Shown here one piece after another: positions 48,192-57,914 of a stretch of DNA of 64,000 nt (position 1 is its first letter; each line of letters opens with the position of its first letter). Source of the stretch: Bacteroidales bacterium (GTDB lineage Bacteria; Bacteroidota; Bacteroidia; Bacteroidales; JAAYJT01). Location: NCBI GenBank assembly GCA_012522795.1, contig JAAYJT010000057.1, positions 44,807-108,806 on the forward strand, written 5' to 3'. The notes beneath the pieces were generated by a model, which did no database searches, was not told the origin of the DNA, and saw only the letters and a list, made by a program, of their open reading frames with translations. Both the position numbers and the translations under genes were made by a program.

Positions 48192-48242
48192 ATACGAATT
48201 GTATTTACAAAATAGTCCAAGCTGTTTTGTAAATTACAATCG
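48192..48242. repeat. 51-bp repeat, copy B, identical to 7305..7355 (same hairpin)
   Basis: Base-by-base identity with copy A, in the same orientation. It lies 78 bp upstream of the CcmF-like start (minus strand) and 205 bp upstream of the kinase gene (plus strand). Confidence 0.9.
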
Positions 48243-48285
48243 TTAATGCCGGTGGTTAAAACATTAAGACCAATTGAGCGGAGCG

Positions 48286-48347
48286 ATAATTGGTCTGTTA
48301 TATTTTGCCATCCGGTATAATTAGTCTGTTATATTTTTCCAATCGGT
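48286..48347. repeat. Tandem 31-bp direct repeat (2 copies, 27/31 identical, plus the start of a third)
   Basis: ATAATTGGTCTGTTATATTTTGCCATCCGGT (48286-48316) is immediately followed by ATAATTAGTCTGTTATATTTTTCCAATCGGT (48317-48347) and then ATTAGAC. The first copy overlaps a perfect 9-bp inverted repeat, AGACCAATT (48267-48275) / AATTGGTCT (48288-48296). Confidence 0.85.
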
Positions 48348-48446
48348 ATTAGACAAGAAAACCTAACAAAATAGTCCTGAGCTTCAAATAGTTTGAATTT
48401 CTAGTTTTTTTTAGACCTTTGCAATCCAATATTAATTCAATTTTAA

Positions 48447-49421
48447 ATGACAAAAATAATCGGACTTGGCAATGCATTGGTTGATATTACTATTCCACTT
48501 CCTGACGATGGATGGTTAAAGGATTTTAAATTACCAAAAGGAAGCATGCAACATGTTGAACGAAGCATTATTGACAAATTACTTGAAAAAACTGCCGCTT
48601 TTAACCAGCAGATAACCTCGGGAGGCTCTGCTGCCAATACTATTCATGGATTAGCCCATTTGGGCAACAGTACTGCTTTTATTGGAAAAACAGGCAAAGA
48701 CCGACTTGGCACAATTTTTCATAACGATCTGATAAATAGCAGCATTAACCCACATCTTATTATTTCGGAAACCGAAACAGGTACTGCCATTGCATTTGTA
48801 ACTCCTGATTCAGAAAGAACATTCGCTGTATTTCTTGGTGCAGCGCTTGAACTTGAGCCTTCTGACCTGAAACAGGAAATTTTCACAGGATATGACTACC
48901 TCCATATCGAGGGTTATATGGTGCAAAATCACAAACTAATTGAAAATGCCTTTATTCTGGCAAAAAATTCCGGGCTAAAAATTTCCCTCGACCTTGCAAG
49001 TTACAATGTTGTTGAGGAAAACCTGGATTTCTTAAATAATATGATCGGGAAATATGTGGATGTTATTTTTGCCAACGAAGAAGAAGCACAGGCTTTCACA
49101 GGTTTATCACCTGAACCTGCACTTGCTCATTTGGCAGGGATTTGCGAGATTGCTGTTGTAAAAACCGGAGCCAGGGGTTCAATGATAAGATCAGGAAATG
49201 AAACCCATCACATAGATATAATTCCGGTAAATGTTGTTGACACTACCGGTGCCGGCGATCTTTATGCAGCCGGATTTCTTCATGGGCTGGCACAGGGTCT
49301 GTCGCTTGACAAAAGTGGAAAAGCAGGTGCATTATTGTCGGGAAATGTAATACAGTATTTCGGGGCAAAAGTTCCGGCTGAGTCATGGACAAATATTAAA
49401 AATGAAATAAAGAAGCTGTAA
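48447..49421 (+). CDS. PfkB-family carbohydrate/nucleoside kinase (adenosine kinase-like)
   Basis: N-terminal GLGNALVDI, a GG dipeptide (SGGSAANT) and a C-terminal DTTGAGDLYAAGFLHG anion-hole motif. Confidence 0.75.
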   Translation: MTKIIGLGNALVDITIPLPDDGWLKDFKLPKGSMQHVERSIIDKLLEKTAAFNQQITSGGSAANTIHGLAHLGNSTAFIGKTGKDRLGTIFHNDLINSSINPHLIISETETGTAIAFVTPDSERTFAVFLGAALELEPSDLKQEIFTGYDYLHIEGYMVQNHKLIENAFILAKNSGLKISLDLASYNVVEENLDFLNNMIGKYVDVIFANEEEAQAFTGLSPEPALAHLAGICEIAVVKTGARGSMIRSGNETHHIDIIPVNVVDTTGAGDLYAAGFLHGLAQGLSLDKSGKAGALLSGNVIQYFGAKVPAESWTNIKNEIKKL

Positions 49422-49470
49422 CAGACTGTTCTTTTTAACAACTCAGAGAAGCCATAAAGCAATATCTTTA

Positions 49471-50796
49471 TTACTCCGCCAGTTTCCCTATAAGTGTGGC
49501 TGCTGTGCAATCAGTAACGGTTACATTTTTATATGTGCCAGGTTTTATATTGGACCCTGCAAACACAATCACCTTGTTACGGCTATTTCTGCCCATAAAT
49601 TTTTTATCTGACCGCTTTGAAGTGCCTTCTACAAGTACTGAAAAAGTTTTTCCAATATCCTTCTGATTGCTTTTCAACGACAACTCCTGCTGCAAGTTAA
49701 TGATCTCTTCAAGGCGGCGACTTTTCACCTCATCCGGAACATCATCAGCAAGTTTTTTTGCAGCTATTGTACCGGGGCGTTCAGAATATTTGAACATATA
49801 AGCATAGTCATATTCAACCCATTGCATCAGCGACAGGGTTTCCTGATGATCTTTTTCAGTTTCGCTACAGAAGCCGGTAATGATATCAGTAGTTACACCA
49901 CAGTCGGGTAGATTTTTCTTTATTGCGTTCACACGATCTATATACCATTCACGATCATATTTCCGGTTCATGAGTTTAAGGATACGTGAACTGCCCGATT
50001 GAACAGGCAGATGTATTGAACGGCAGATATTCTCATTGCGAACCATGGTAGCAATCAGCTCATCCGAAAGGTCTTTTGGGTGCGAAGTTGCGAACCTGAC
50101 CCTTAAATCCTTGTTTATCAGTGCAATTTTTTCAAGTAATTGCGGAAAACCTAAACTGCCGCTCTCATCCTCCCAGTCGTAAGAATTAACATTTTGTCCC
50201 AGAAGGGTCACTTCCCTGTACCCCTGATCAAATAATATGCGGCATTCCTGTAAAATAGTTTCAGGATTACGACTGCGTTCAACTCCTCTGACTGATGGCA
50301 CAACACAATAAGCACAATAGTTTTCGCAGCCGCGCATAATGGAAATAAATGCTGAAACCTTGTTTTTATCCAGTCTTACAGGATTTATGTCGGCATAGGT
50401 TTCATCGGCTGACAAGATGACATTAATGGCTTTTTGTCCACCTTCAGCAAGGTCTACAAGTTTTGGCAGATCTCTGTATGAATCCGGACCGGCTATCAGA
50501 TCAACAAACACTGCTTCGGCGAGCAATGATTCTTTCATACGTTCAGCCATACATCCCAATACTCCAATCACCAGTCTGGGATTTGATTTTTTAAAACGCT
50601 TTAGTTCATTCAGGCGTCGCATTACCCGTTTTTCTGCATTTTCACGGATCGAACAGGTATTAACAAATATCAGGTCAGCATTTTCAGGATTTGAAGTTAC
50701 TTCAAACCTATGGTCAACAAGAATGGAATGCACTATTTCGCTATCAGAAATATTCATCTGACAGCCATAGGTTTCTATATATAGTTTCTTACTCAA
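49471..50796 (-). CDS. miaB: tRNA-2-methylthio-N6-dimethylallyladenosine synthase
   Basis: MSKKLYIETYGCQMN, radical-SAM CENYCAYC, and a C-terminal TRAM domain. 441 aa. Confidence 0.95.
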   Translation of the reverse strand: MSKKLYIETYGCQMNISDSEIVHSILVDHRFEVTSNPENADLIFVNTCSIRENAEKRVMRRLNELKRFKKSNPRLVIGVLGCMAERMKESLLAEAVFVDLIAGPDSYRDLPKLVDLAEGGQKAINVILSADETYADINPVRLDKNKVSAFISIMRGCENYCAYCVVPSVRGVERSRNPETILQECRILFDQGYREVTLLGQNVNSYDWEDESGSLGFPQLLEKIALINKDLRVRFATSHPKDLSDELIATMVRNENICRSIHLPVQSGSSRILKLMNRKYDREWYIDRVNAIKKNLPDCGVTTDIITGFCSETEKDHQETLSLMQWVEYDYAYMFKYSERPGTIAAKKLADDVPDEVKSRRLEEIINLQQELSLKSNQKDIGKTFSVLVEGTSKRSDKKFMGRNSRNKVIVFAGSNIKPGTYKNVTVTDCTAATLIGKLAE

Positions 50797-50995
50797 TGTA
50801 TTATTCAGTTACAGGTTACAAAAATAAAAATCACTAATTTAATTATCCCAAAACTCCAGCAAAATTAATATATTAACAACATTTGTAAAAAACTTTTGTT
50901 TTGAGAATAACAAAGTCTTCATATAACAAGTTAAGTTTATTGTGTTACTTTGTGCCCGTTTTTAAAAAATTTTACAACAATTCAGAAAATTACCT

Positions 50996-53314
50996 ATGTC
51001 GAAAAATCTTGTTATTGTTGAATCACCTGCAAAAGCCAAAACGATAGAAAAATTTCTGGGAAAAGAATTCCAGGTTAAGTCATCGTTTGGTCACGTAAGG
51101 GATTTATCAAAAACCAAGCTTGGTATTGATATTGAAAATCATTTTAAGCCAAACTACGAAATACTTCCTGATAAGAAAAAGATTGTCAGTGAATTAAAAA
51201 AATTTGCCAAAGATTCAGAATTAGTATGGCTGGCAACTGACGAAGACCGTGAGGGCGAAGCCATATCCTGGCATCTTGTTGAAACTCTTGGTATTGAAGA
51301 ATCTAAAGTCAGGCGTATAGCATTTCATGAGATAACAAAAAATGCAATTCTTAAAGCTATTGAGAATCCGCGCTCAATAAACAAGCAACTTGTTGATGCC
51401 CAACAGGCTCGTCGTGTTTTGGACCGTTTGGTAGGATATGAAATTTCTCCAATTTTATGGAAAAAAGTAAAACCAGCACTGTCGGCTGGCAGAGTGCAAT
51501 CAGTAGCAGTAAGATTAATTGTTGAGCGCGAAGAAGAAATAAAATCCTTTATTAGCGAGGCTTATTATAAGATCACTGCTCTGTTTGAGATCAGGCGCGA
51601 TGACGGAACCTATTCATTCACTGCTGGATTACCTGAGAAATTAAAACTTACTGATGAAGCTCTTGCATTTCTTGAAATATGCAAACCAGCAAAATTCAGT
51701 GTAGCCAATATTGAAACAAAGCCTGCGAAAAAATCACCTGCGCCTCCGTTTACCACTTCAACACTACAACAGGAAGCCAGCCGGAAACTTGGATTTTCAG
51801 TATCGAAAACCATGCTTGTTGCCCAACAACTGTATGAAGCCGGAAAAATAACCTATATGAGAACTGACTCTGTGAACCTGTCGAACCATGCACTGGCAGC
51901 AGCTAAAACTGAGATTGAAAAACTTTACGGAAAGGATTATGTAAAAACACGCAAATATACTACGAAAGCGAAAGGTGCACAGGAAGCCCACGAAGCTATA
52001 AGACCTACCTCGATGAGCAGCAGTGCTATAGAGGGGGATGTTTCACAAAAGCGGTTGTATGATCTAATATGGAAAAGAACCATAGCTTCGCAGATGAGTG
52101 ATGCAATTCTGGAAAAAACAAATGTAGATATTAAAATATCCACTACTCGTGAATTACTTGTTGCAAAAGGTGAAGTCATTAAATTTGATGGCTTTCTGAA
52201 AGTATATATGGAATCAAGCGATGATGAAAGTGAAGAAGGCAAGGGTGATATTTTGCCCCCGATGAATATTGGAGACCCTCTTGAATTACTGCAAATGACT
52301 GCTATACAGCGCTTTACTCAACAACCATATCGCTATACTGAAGCTATGCTGGTTAAAAGACTTGAAGATCTTGGAATTGGTCGACCTTCAACATATGCTC
52401 CTACCATTTCAACCATTCAGAAACGTGAATATGTTGAAAAAGGAGACAAAACTGGTTTTAAACGTAGCTTTGAAATCATGGTTCTGAAAAATGGAAAGAT
52501 CAGTAAATCAATGAAATCAGAAAATGTTGGTTTCGAAAAAAATAAACTTTTCCCTACCGATATCGGAACATTGGTGAATCAGTTTTTGGTGGCTAATTTT
52601 AAGAATATTATTGATTATCACTTTACTGCAACGGTTGAAAAAGAATTTGACGAAATTGCGATGGGCAATAAGATATGGAATGAAATGATTAGTGAGTTTT
52701 ATTATCCGTTTCATGAGCATATTAAAGAGGTGCTTGTTAAATCAGAAAAGGTAAAAGGTGAAAGATTGCTGGGAAAAGATCCGAAAAGTGGTAAAAACAT
52801 ATATGTTAAATTAGGTCGTTTTGGAGCAATGGTTCAGCTTGGTGAGTCGGACAGTGAGGAAAAACCTCAGTTTGCCGGTTTGAAAAAAGGTCAAAGTATG
52901 GAAAGCGTCACCCTTGAAGATGCCCTGGAACTGTTTAAATTTCCAAGGATCATTGGTTCATATGAAAGTAAAGATCTACAAGTTGGTATAGGACGTTACG
53001 GACCATATATAAAACACGATGACAAGTTCTTCTCACTTAAAAAAACTGATGATCCACTGACAATTAAGGAAGAAAGGGCTATTGAAATAATCCTTGAAAA
53101 ACAACAATCAGAAAAAGAAAAACTTATCAAGGAATTTAAAGAACGCGATGATATTAAAATTCTCAATGGCAGATATGGACCTTATATTGCAATGGGAAAG
53201 ACAAATTACAAAATTCCCAGAACAATGGATCCCAAGGCATTGACTTTAGAGCAATGTCTTGAAATTATAGAAAAAGAAGGAGCTAAAAAAACTGCAAGAG
53301 CTAAAAAGAAATAG
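50996..53314 (+). CDS. topA: DNA topoisomerase I
   Basis: TOPRIM start LVIVESPAKAKTIEKFLG, DEDREGE, the active-site region YMRTDS, and a Lys-rich C-terminus. 772 aa. Confidence 0.95.
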   Translation: MSKNLVIVESPAKAKTIEKFLGKEFQVKSSFGHVRDLSKTKLGIDIENHFKPNYEILPDKKKIVSELKKFAKDSELVWLATDEDREGEAISWHLVETLGIEESKVRRIAFHEITKNAILKAIENPRSINKQLVDAQQARRVLDRLVGYEISPILWKKVKPALSAGRVQSVAVRLIVEREEEIKSFISEAYYKITALFEIRRDDGTYSFTAGLPEKLKLTDEALAFLEICKPAKFSVANIETKPAKKSPAPPFTTSTLQQEASRKLGFSVSKTMLVAQQLYEAGKITYMRTDSVNLSNHALAAAKTEIEKLYGKDYVKTRKYTTKAKGAQEAHEAIRPTSMSSSAIEGDVSQKRLYDLIWKRTIASQMSDAILEKTNVDIKISTTRELLVAKGEVIKFDGFLKVYMESSDDESEEGKGDILPPMNIGDPLELLQMTAIQRFTQQPYRYTEAMLVKRLEDLGIGRPSTYAPTISTIQKREYVEKGDKTGFKRSFEIMVLKNGKISKSMKSENVGFEKNKLFPTDIGTLVNQFLVANFKNIIDYHFTATVEKEFDEIAMGNKIWNEMISEFYYPFHEHIKEVLVKSEKVKGERLLGKDPKSGKNIYVKLGRFGAMVQLGESDSEEKPQFAGLKKGQSMESVTLEDALELFKFPRIIGSYESKDLQVGIGRYGPYIKHDDKFFSLKKTDDPLTIKEERAIEIILEKQQSEKEKLIKEFKERDDIKILNGRYGPYIAMGKTNYKIPRTMDPKALTLEQCLEIIEKEGAKKTARAKKK

Positions 53315-53393
53315 ACCAATGAGAAAGACATTCATATAGTCAATCCTGTTTCTTTAATTTTGTTAATGCCGGAACACATCATTTCACATTTTA

Positions 53394-54569
53394 TTGATGG
53401 AAAACAAACATTTCTTACAGCCAATTGATCCTGAGCTTTTTATTCCTAAGCAAGAAGGTCAAAATTTATTATCGGATCATATTTTAAAAAATTTTGCCAG
53501 TTCTCCATTTCCTGATATTTCAATAGCTAACACAGCTATTATCGGTGTGGAAGAAAGCCGTTATTCTGTTGATAATCAGACATCACACGAAGGAAGTAAT
53601 TTAATAAGAAAACATTTATATCAGTTAAAGCCCGGAGCTTTTAAACTGAACATTGTAGATCTTGGTAACATCGGACAGGGAGAAAGAGTTGAAGACACTT
53701 ATGTTGCTCTGGCTGATATAATGACTGAATTGTTTGAACACAATGTAATTCCAATAATAATCGGAGGAAGTCAGGATCTTACTTATGGCTGTTATAAAGC
53801 TTACGAAAATTTACAGCAGATAATCAATATTGTTGCTGTTGACAGAAAATTTGATTTCAGCAACGGAGATGATGATACCCATTCAGAAAATTATCTTAGG
53901 AAAATCATTTTACAACAGCCCAATTATCTTTTCAACTATAGTATTATCGGGTATCAAAGCTATTATGTTGAGCAGGATCTAATCAAGCTGATGGACAATC
54001 TGTATTTTGATACTCATCGTCTTGGAATGATAAAAGGCAACCTGGTAGAAATAGAGCCTCTCATCCGAAATTGTGATTTGCTAAGCTTTGATATGGGAGC
54101 TATTCGTGCCAGCGATTCACCGGGGCATACCACTGTCGGGCCAAATGGCTTTTTTGGCGATGAAGCCTGTCAGATCGCTCGTTACGCCGGTTTGTCAGAT
54201 AAATTGTCGGCAATTGGATTTTTTGAATATAATTCAGAATACGACAATCGTGAGCTTTCAGCACAACTTATGGCGCAAATGATATGGTATTTCCTTGAAG
54301 GGCTGTACAACCGAAAAAATGAAGACCCGGCAGTTAATACCGATGATTTTCTTAAATATCATGTATCAGTGAATTCGGGTAAAGACACTATAGTGTTTTA
54401 CAGAAGTAAAAATACTGATCGCTGGTGGATGGAAATAGGTTCAAAACAGAGTATTAAAAATGAATACCGCAGACATAATCTGATCCCATGCTCTTATTCT
54501 GATTATAAAAAAGCCTGTGAGAACGATATACCGGACAGATGGTGGAAGGCTTTTCAGAAGCTTATGTAA
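53394..54569 (+). CDS. Arginase/formimidoylglutamase-fold (ureohydrolase family) protein with degenerate metal-binding motifs
   Basis: The length and spacing of IIGGSQDLTYG, VAVDRKFD and LSFDMGAIRASDSPG parallel the ureohydrolase motifs GGDHS, DAHxD and SxDxDxxDP, but several ligand positions are substituted. Confidence 0.6.
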   Translation: MMENKHFLQPIDPELFIPKQEGQNLLSDHILKNFASSPFPDISIANTAIIGVEESRYSVDNQTSHEGSNLIRKHLYQLKPGAFKLNIVDLGNIGQGERVEDTYVALADIMTELFEHNVIPIIIGGSQDLTYGCYKAYENLQQIINIVAVDRKFDFSNGDDDTHSENYLRKIILQQPNYLFNYSIIGYQSYYVEQDLIKLMDNLYFDTHRLGMIKGNLVEIEPLIRNCDLLSFDMGAIRASDSPGHTTVGPNGFFGDEACQIARYAGLSDKLSAIGFFEYNSEYDNRELSAQLMAQMIWYFLEGLYNRKNEDPAVNTDDFLKYHVSVNSGKDTIVFYRSKNTDRWWMEIGSKQSIKNEYRRHNLIPCSYSDYKKACENDIPDRWWKAFQKLM

Positions 54570-54620
54570 AAACAAACTCTGAAAATCTGGGGTTTTATTA
54601 TTGAAAATTTGTTGCAGCTG

Positions 54621-55178
54621 TTATTTTAATGTTATTCTTCCAGGATTCTCCTGTATGAAGGATTTCCAGCTATTATGACTTTTTGCAGCTTCTGATCCAA
54701 CTGATTTTTGAAAAGAATGACAAACTGCTGCTGCCAAACCATCACTGGCATCAAGATTGTCAGCAATGACAACCGAAAGCAGATTTTCAAGCATAGCGGC
54801 AACCTGTTCTTTTGATGCATTACCATTACCAGTGATAGCTTGCTTTATACGACGCGGAGAATATTCAAAAACTTCAACCTTGCGATAAAGTGCTGCTGCC
54901 ATTGCTACACCCTGAGCGCGACCAAGTTTTAACATTGACTGAATATTTTTACCATAAAAAGGAGCTTCAATAGCCATTTCGTCAGGTAAATACTTATCAA
55001 TCAAATCAAGAGTGGTTCTAAAAATATTGCTGAGTTTTAAAATATGCGAATCTTTTTTACTAAAAGTCACTGAACCTATATATACAACATTAAGGTTCTT
55101 ACCTTTGCAGCGGATTATACCATAGCCCATAACATTGGTGCCGGGGTCAATGCCAAGAATAATGCGGTCTTTTTCCAA
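54621..55178 (-). CDS. ruvC: Crossover junction endodeoxyribonuclease RuvC
   Basis: RIILGIDPGTNVMGYG, AIEAPFYGKN, and ITGNGNASKEQV. The conserved core starts right after a TTG at 55178. The ORF-track ATG at 55268 would add 30 non-conserved residues and overlap the divergent gene. Confidence 0.85.
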   Translation of the reverse strand: MEKDRIILGIDPGTNVMGYGIIRCKGKNLNVVYIGSVTFSKKDSHILKLSNIFRTTLDLIDKYLPDEMAIEAPFYGKNIQSMLKLGRAQGVAMAAALYRKVEVFEYSPRRIKQAITGNGNASKEQVAAMLENLLSVVIADNLDASDGLAAAVCHSFQKSVGSEAAKSHNSWKSFIQENPGRITLK

Positions 55179-55194
55179 AAGATGAATTATTAAA

Positions 55195-56226
55195 ATGAAT
55201 ACAAAAGTAAGGAAATCTCTCAACTTCTTGTTGCAACTGATCATTATTTTGCTTGCATATTGGTTCATATATCGGGAATTATTTCAAAAAAGAGACATAC
55301 TTCAGGTAGTCAAAATTTTAAAAGATCAATTCTTAAACCGAGCTTTTCTGTATTTTCTGATCTATGTTTTTTTACTAATGTTTGTTAACTGGGGTCTGGA
55401 GGCACAGAAATGGAAGTATCTGATCGGGAAATTTGAACATATTTCGTTTTTCCAGTCTTTCAAAGCAGTTTTTTCAGGAGTTACAGTCAGTGTTTTTACT
55501 CCTAACCGCATAGGTGAATATTTTGGCAGAGTATTTATTCTCAAACAATTACATCCTTTAAAAGGAGTATTCATTACTTTTATTGGAAGCATGGGGCAAT
55601 TACTTTCCACTATTGTATTCGGATTACTGGCTTTATTGTTTTTTATTCCACGCCTGTTTGATATTTCATTTTTTCCGAACCAATTGATTTACTGGAGTAT
55701 AGTCATTTTATCATTATTATGTATTTTTTTTCTGATCTTATTCTATTTGAATTTCCAGTATGTTTCAACTCTAATTGAACGACTGATTCCCCACAAGCAT
55801 GAAAAAATAAAGCGTTATACAGATATTTTTAAAAGTTATCAAAGCCGCGAACTTGCCTTTGTTTTCCTTATCAGCATTTTAAGATACATGATTTTTTCCT
55901 CACAGTTTATTTTATTGCTTCTTGCTTTCGATATTAAACTCCCTGCATCACAATACCTTATACTTGTACCCCTGATCTTTTTTGCGATTACAGTAGTTCC
56001 CACCATTGCTCTTTCTGAACTTGGTATTCGAGGCAGCATTTCTTTGTATTTAATTGGTTTTTTTATCGAAAACTCAGGTAATATGAATAATGACACATCT
56101 GTTGGCATTATAGCTGCATCCACTTTATTATGGGTAATCAATCTGGTTTTACCGGCAATTATAGGGGCATTGTTCGTCTTCAACCTTAAGTTTTTACGTC
56201 CATATAAAAACAACCTTAACAAATGA
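55195..56226 (+). CDS. Polytopic membrane protein, lysylphosphatidylglycerol-synthase-TM/flippase-like (UPF0104-type)
   Basis: 343 aa with about 8 TM segments and a Lys/Arg-rich N-terminus. The general pattern (SGVTVSVFTPNRIGEYFGR) resembles the LPG_synthase_TM family. Its stop overlaps the start of the GT2 gene. Confidence 0.55.
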   Translation: MNTKVRKSLNFLLQLIIILLAYWFIYRELFQKRDILQVVKILKDQFLNRAFLYFLIYVFLLMFVNWGLEAQKWKYLIGKFEHISFFQSFKAVFSGVTVSVFTPNRIGEYFGRVFILKQLHPLKGVFITFIGSMGQLLSTIVFGLLALLFFIPRLFDISFFPNQLIYWSIVILSLLCIFFLILFYLNFQYVSTLIERLIPHKHEKIKRYTDIFKSYQSRELAFVFLISILRYMIFSSQFILLLLAFDIKLPASQYLILVPLIFFAITVVPTIALSELGIRGSISLYLIGFFIENSGNMNNDTSVGIIAASTLLWVINLVLPAIIGALFVFNLKFLRPYKNNLNK

Positions 56227-57359
56227 CTTTCGCCGTAATTGCAATACTTGTAGCCGGATTCACCTATTTTTGTCTGATCGTATGGCTGTCATCGGGGTGG
56301 CGTAGATTAAAACCGTTTGATCCAATAAGCAAAACAAAAATTTCAACTACAGTAAGTATAGTTATTGCTGCTCGTAACGAAGAACAGAATATTGCCCATT
56401 GTCTGAACGATTTGCTTGCTCAGGATTTTTACAGGAAAAAATACGAAATCATTGTGATTGACGATCACTCTTCGGATAACACCTCTGAAGAAGTGAACAG
56501 AATTGCAACCCTTACGGATAAGATAAAGCTTATTCGTTTAGCTGAGAAGAAAGAGAAAGCCAAAGGCAAAAAAGCTGCTCTTGCAGCCGGGATTACTGAA
56601 GCCAAAGGCGAACTGATCATTACTACTGATGCCGATTGCAGATTTCATAAGCAATGGTTACAATCCCTCACAATTTATTATGAAACATTTAAACCTGTTA
56701 TGATAAGTGCGCCGGTAATTTTTGAACCTCAACAAAGTATATCCGGTAAATTCTATGAACTTGAATTCATGGGATTAGTTGTTTCAGGTGCCGGAGCTTT
56801 GGGGCTTAATAAACCATTAATGTGTAATGGTGCAAACCTGGCTTTTCCACGCCGGCATTTTCTTAAATTTCAAAACCATAAAACCGATAATACCTGGGCT
56901 TCAGGCGATGATATGTTTTTAATGCACTGGATTAAAGATAATTATGGTGCTAAAAACATACATTTTCTCAAATCCAGTAAAGCAGTCGTTAGTACTAAAG
57001 CACCGGCAAATATTCATGATTTCGTTATGCAACGAATCAGGTGGGGTTCAAAAACAAGAGCATATCCCAATACTTTTACTGCTTTGGTAGCAGCCATAAT
57101 ATTTATTAATTCAATTTTTCTGATTGCCGGTTCAATCTCTGCGATTTTTTTCTCAGCTTTAATTTTACCGGTTCTGGTCAGTTGGATTTTAAAATTTTTA
57201 AGCGACTGGATTCTGCTTTATCCGTCTTCAAAGTTTTTTAATAAATCCGGACTTTTAAAATGGTTTGTTCCCTTTCAGATCTTTCATGCCATTTATATTT
57301 TATCAGTTGCCCTTTTATCCATGTTTTCAGGCTATAACTGGAAAGGCAGGAGGCTATGA
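56223..57359 (+). CDS. Family 2 glycosyltransferase with flanking TM helices (processive-type motifs)
   Basis: VSIVIAARNEE, DDHSSDNT, TDADC and QRIRWGSK (Q-x-x-R-W). There is one N-terminal and several C-terminal TM helices. It has a 4-bp ATGA overlap with the upstream gene. Confidence 0.85.
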   Translation: MTFAVIAILVAGFTYFCLIVWLSSGWRRLKPFDPISKTKISTTVSIVIAARNEEQNIAHCLNDLLAQDFYRKKYEIIVIDDHSSDNTSEEVNRIATLTDKIKLIRLAEKKEKAKGKKAALAAGITEAKGELIITTDADCRFHKQWLQSLTIYYETFKPVMISAPVIFEPQQSISGKFYELEFMGLVVSGAGALGLNKPLMCNGANLAFPRRHFLKFQNHKTDNTWASGDDMFLMHWIKDNYGAKNIHFLKSSKAVVSTKAPANIHDFVMQRIRWGSKTRAYPNTFTALVAAIIFINSIFLIAGSISAIFFSALILPVLVSWILKFLSDWILLYPSSKFFNKSGLLKWFVPFQIFHAIYILSVALLSMFSGYNWKGRRL

Positions 57360-57607
57360 ACGAGCCTTGATCAGGCAATTCAATTTCAAAATCACACCAC
57401 TTACTAAATTTCTAAATCCGGTATTTCCGCCTTATTCAGGTACAACAGCCTGATTCCAAATATCTTATAAGTTCTCACATTATCTTTTGCTTTTGTTTAT
57501 TTTCTTTCTTTTAAAAACCTGTTAAGAATTTATTTATCACCCATTCTGTGAAAATTAAACCGATTTAGTATTTTTGGAAGCTAATTGTATCACCAAAATT
57601 AACCTGT

Positions 57608-57865
57608 ATGACAAAACATGTAATGCTTATTCTCATCGGATCACGTGAGGAAGCTGTTGAGAAAGTTCAGAAGATTTTAACTGCCTGGGGATGCTATATC
57701 AGAACCAGGCTTGGTTTGCACGGAAATATTGAAGACAAATGTTCCCACAAAGGCTTACTTTTCCTTGAACTGGACGGAGAAGTGGAAAAGCTAAAAGAAT
57801 TTGAAAACAAATTAAATCTGATAAAATCAGTAGATGCTAAGTTAATTGAACTGAAAGCTGAGTAA
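57608..57865 (+). CDS. Small hypothetical protein (85 aa, ACT/ferredoxin-like alternation pattern)
   Basis: A clean ORF followed by a strong terminator. The hydrophobic alternation (VMLILIG...LLFLELDG...) suggests a small alpha/beta regulatory fold. I am confident of no family. Confidence 0.4.
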   Translation: MTKHVMLILIGSREEAVEKVQKILTAWGCYIRTRLGLHGNIEDKCSHKGLLFLELDGEVEKLKEFENKLNLIKSVDAKLIELKAE

Positions 57866-57875
57866 AATCAGGCAT

Positions 57876-57914
57876 AAACAAAGGAACAGCGAAATTTTCG
57901 CTGCTCCTTTGTTT
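57876..57914 (+). terminator. Strong hairpin terminator after the 85-aa gene
   Basis: AAACAAAGGAACAGCG (57876-57891) pairs with CGCTGCTCCTTTGTTT (57899-57914). This is a 16-bp stem with one mismatch and a 7-nt loop. The trailing T content is modest. Confidence 0.7.

Noticed and set aside
57265-57453. 62-aa ORF overlapping the end of the GT2 gene
   Set aside because: It is an out-of-frame overlap with a well-supported CDS and has no motif.
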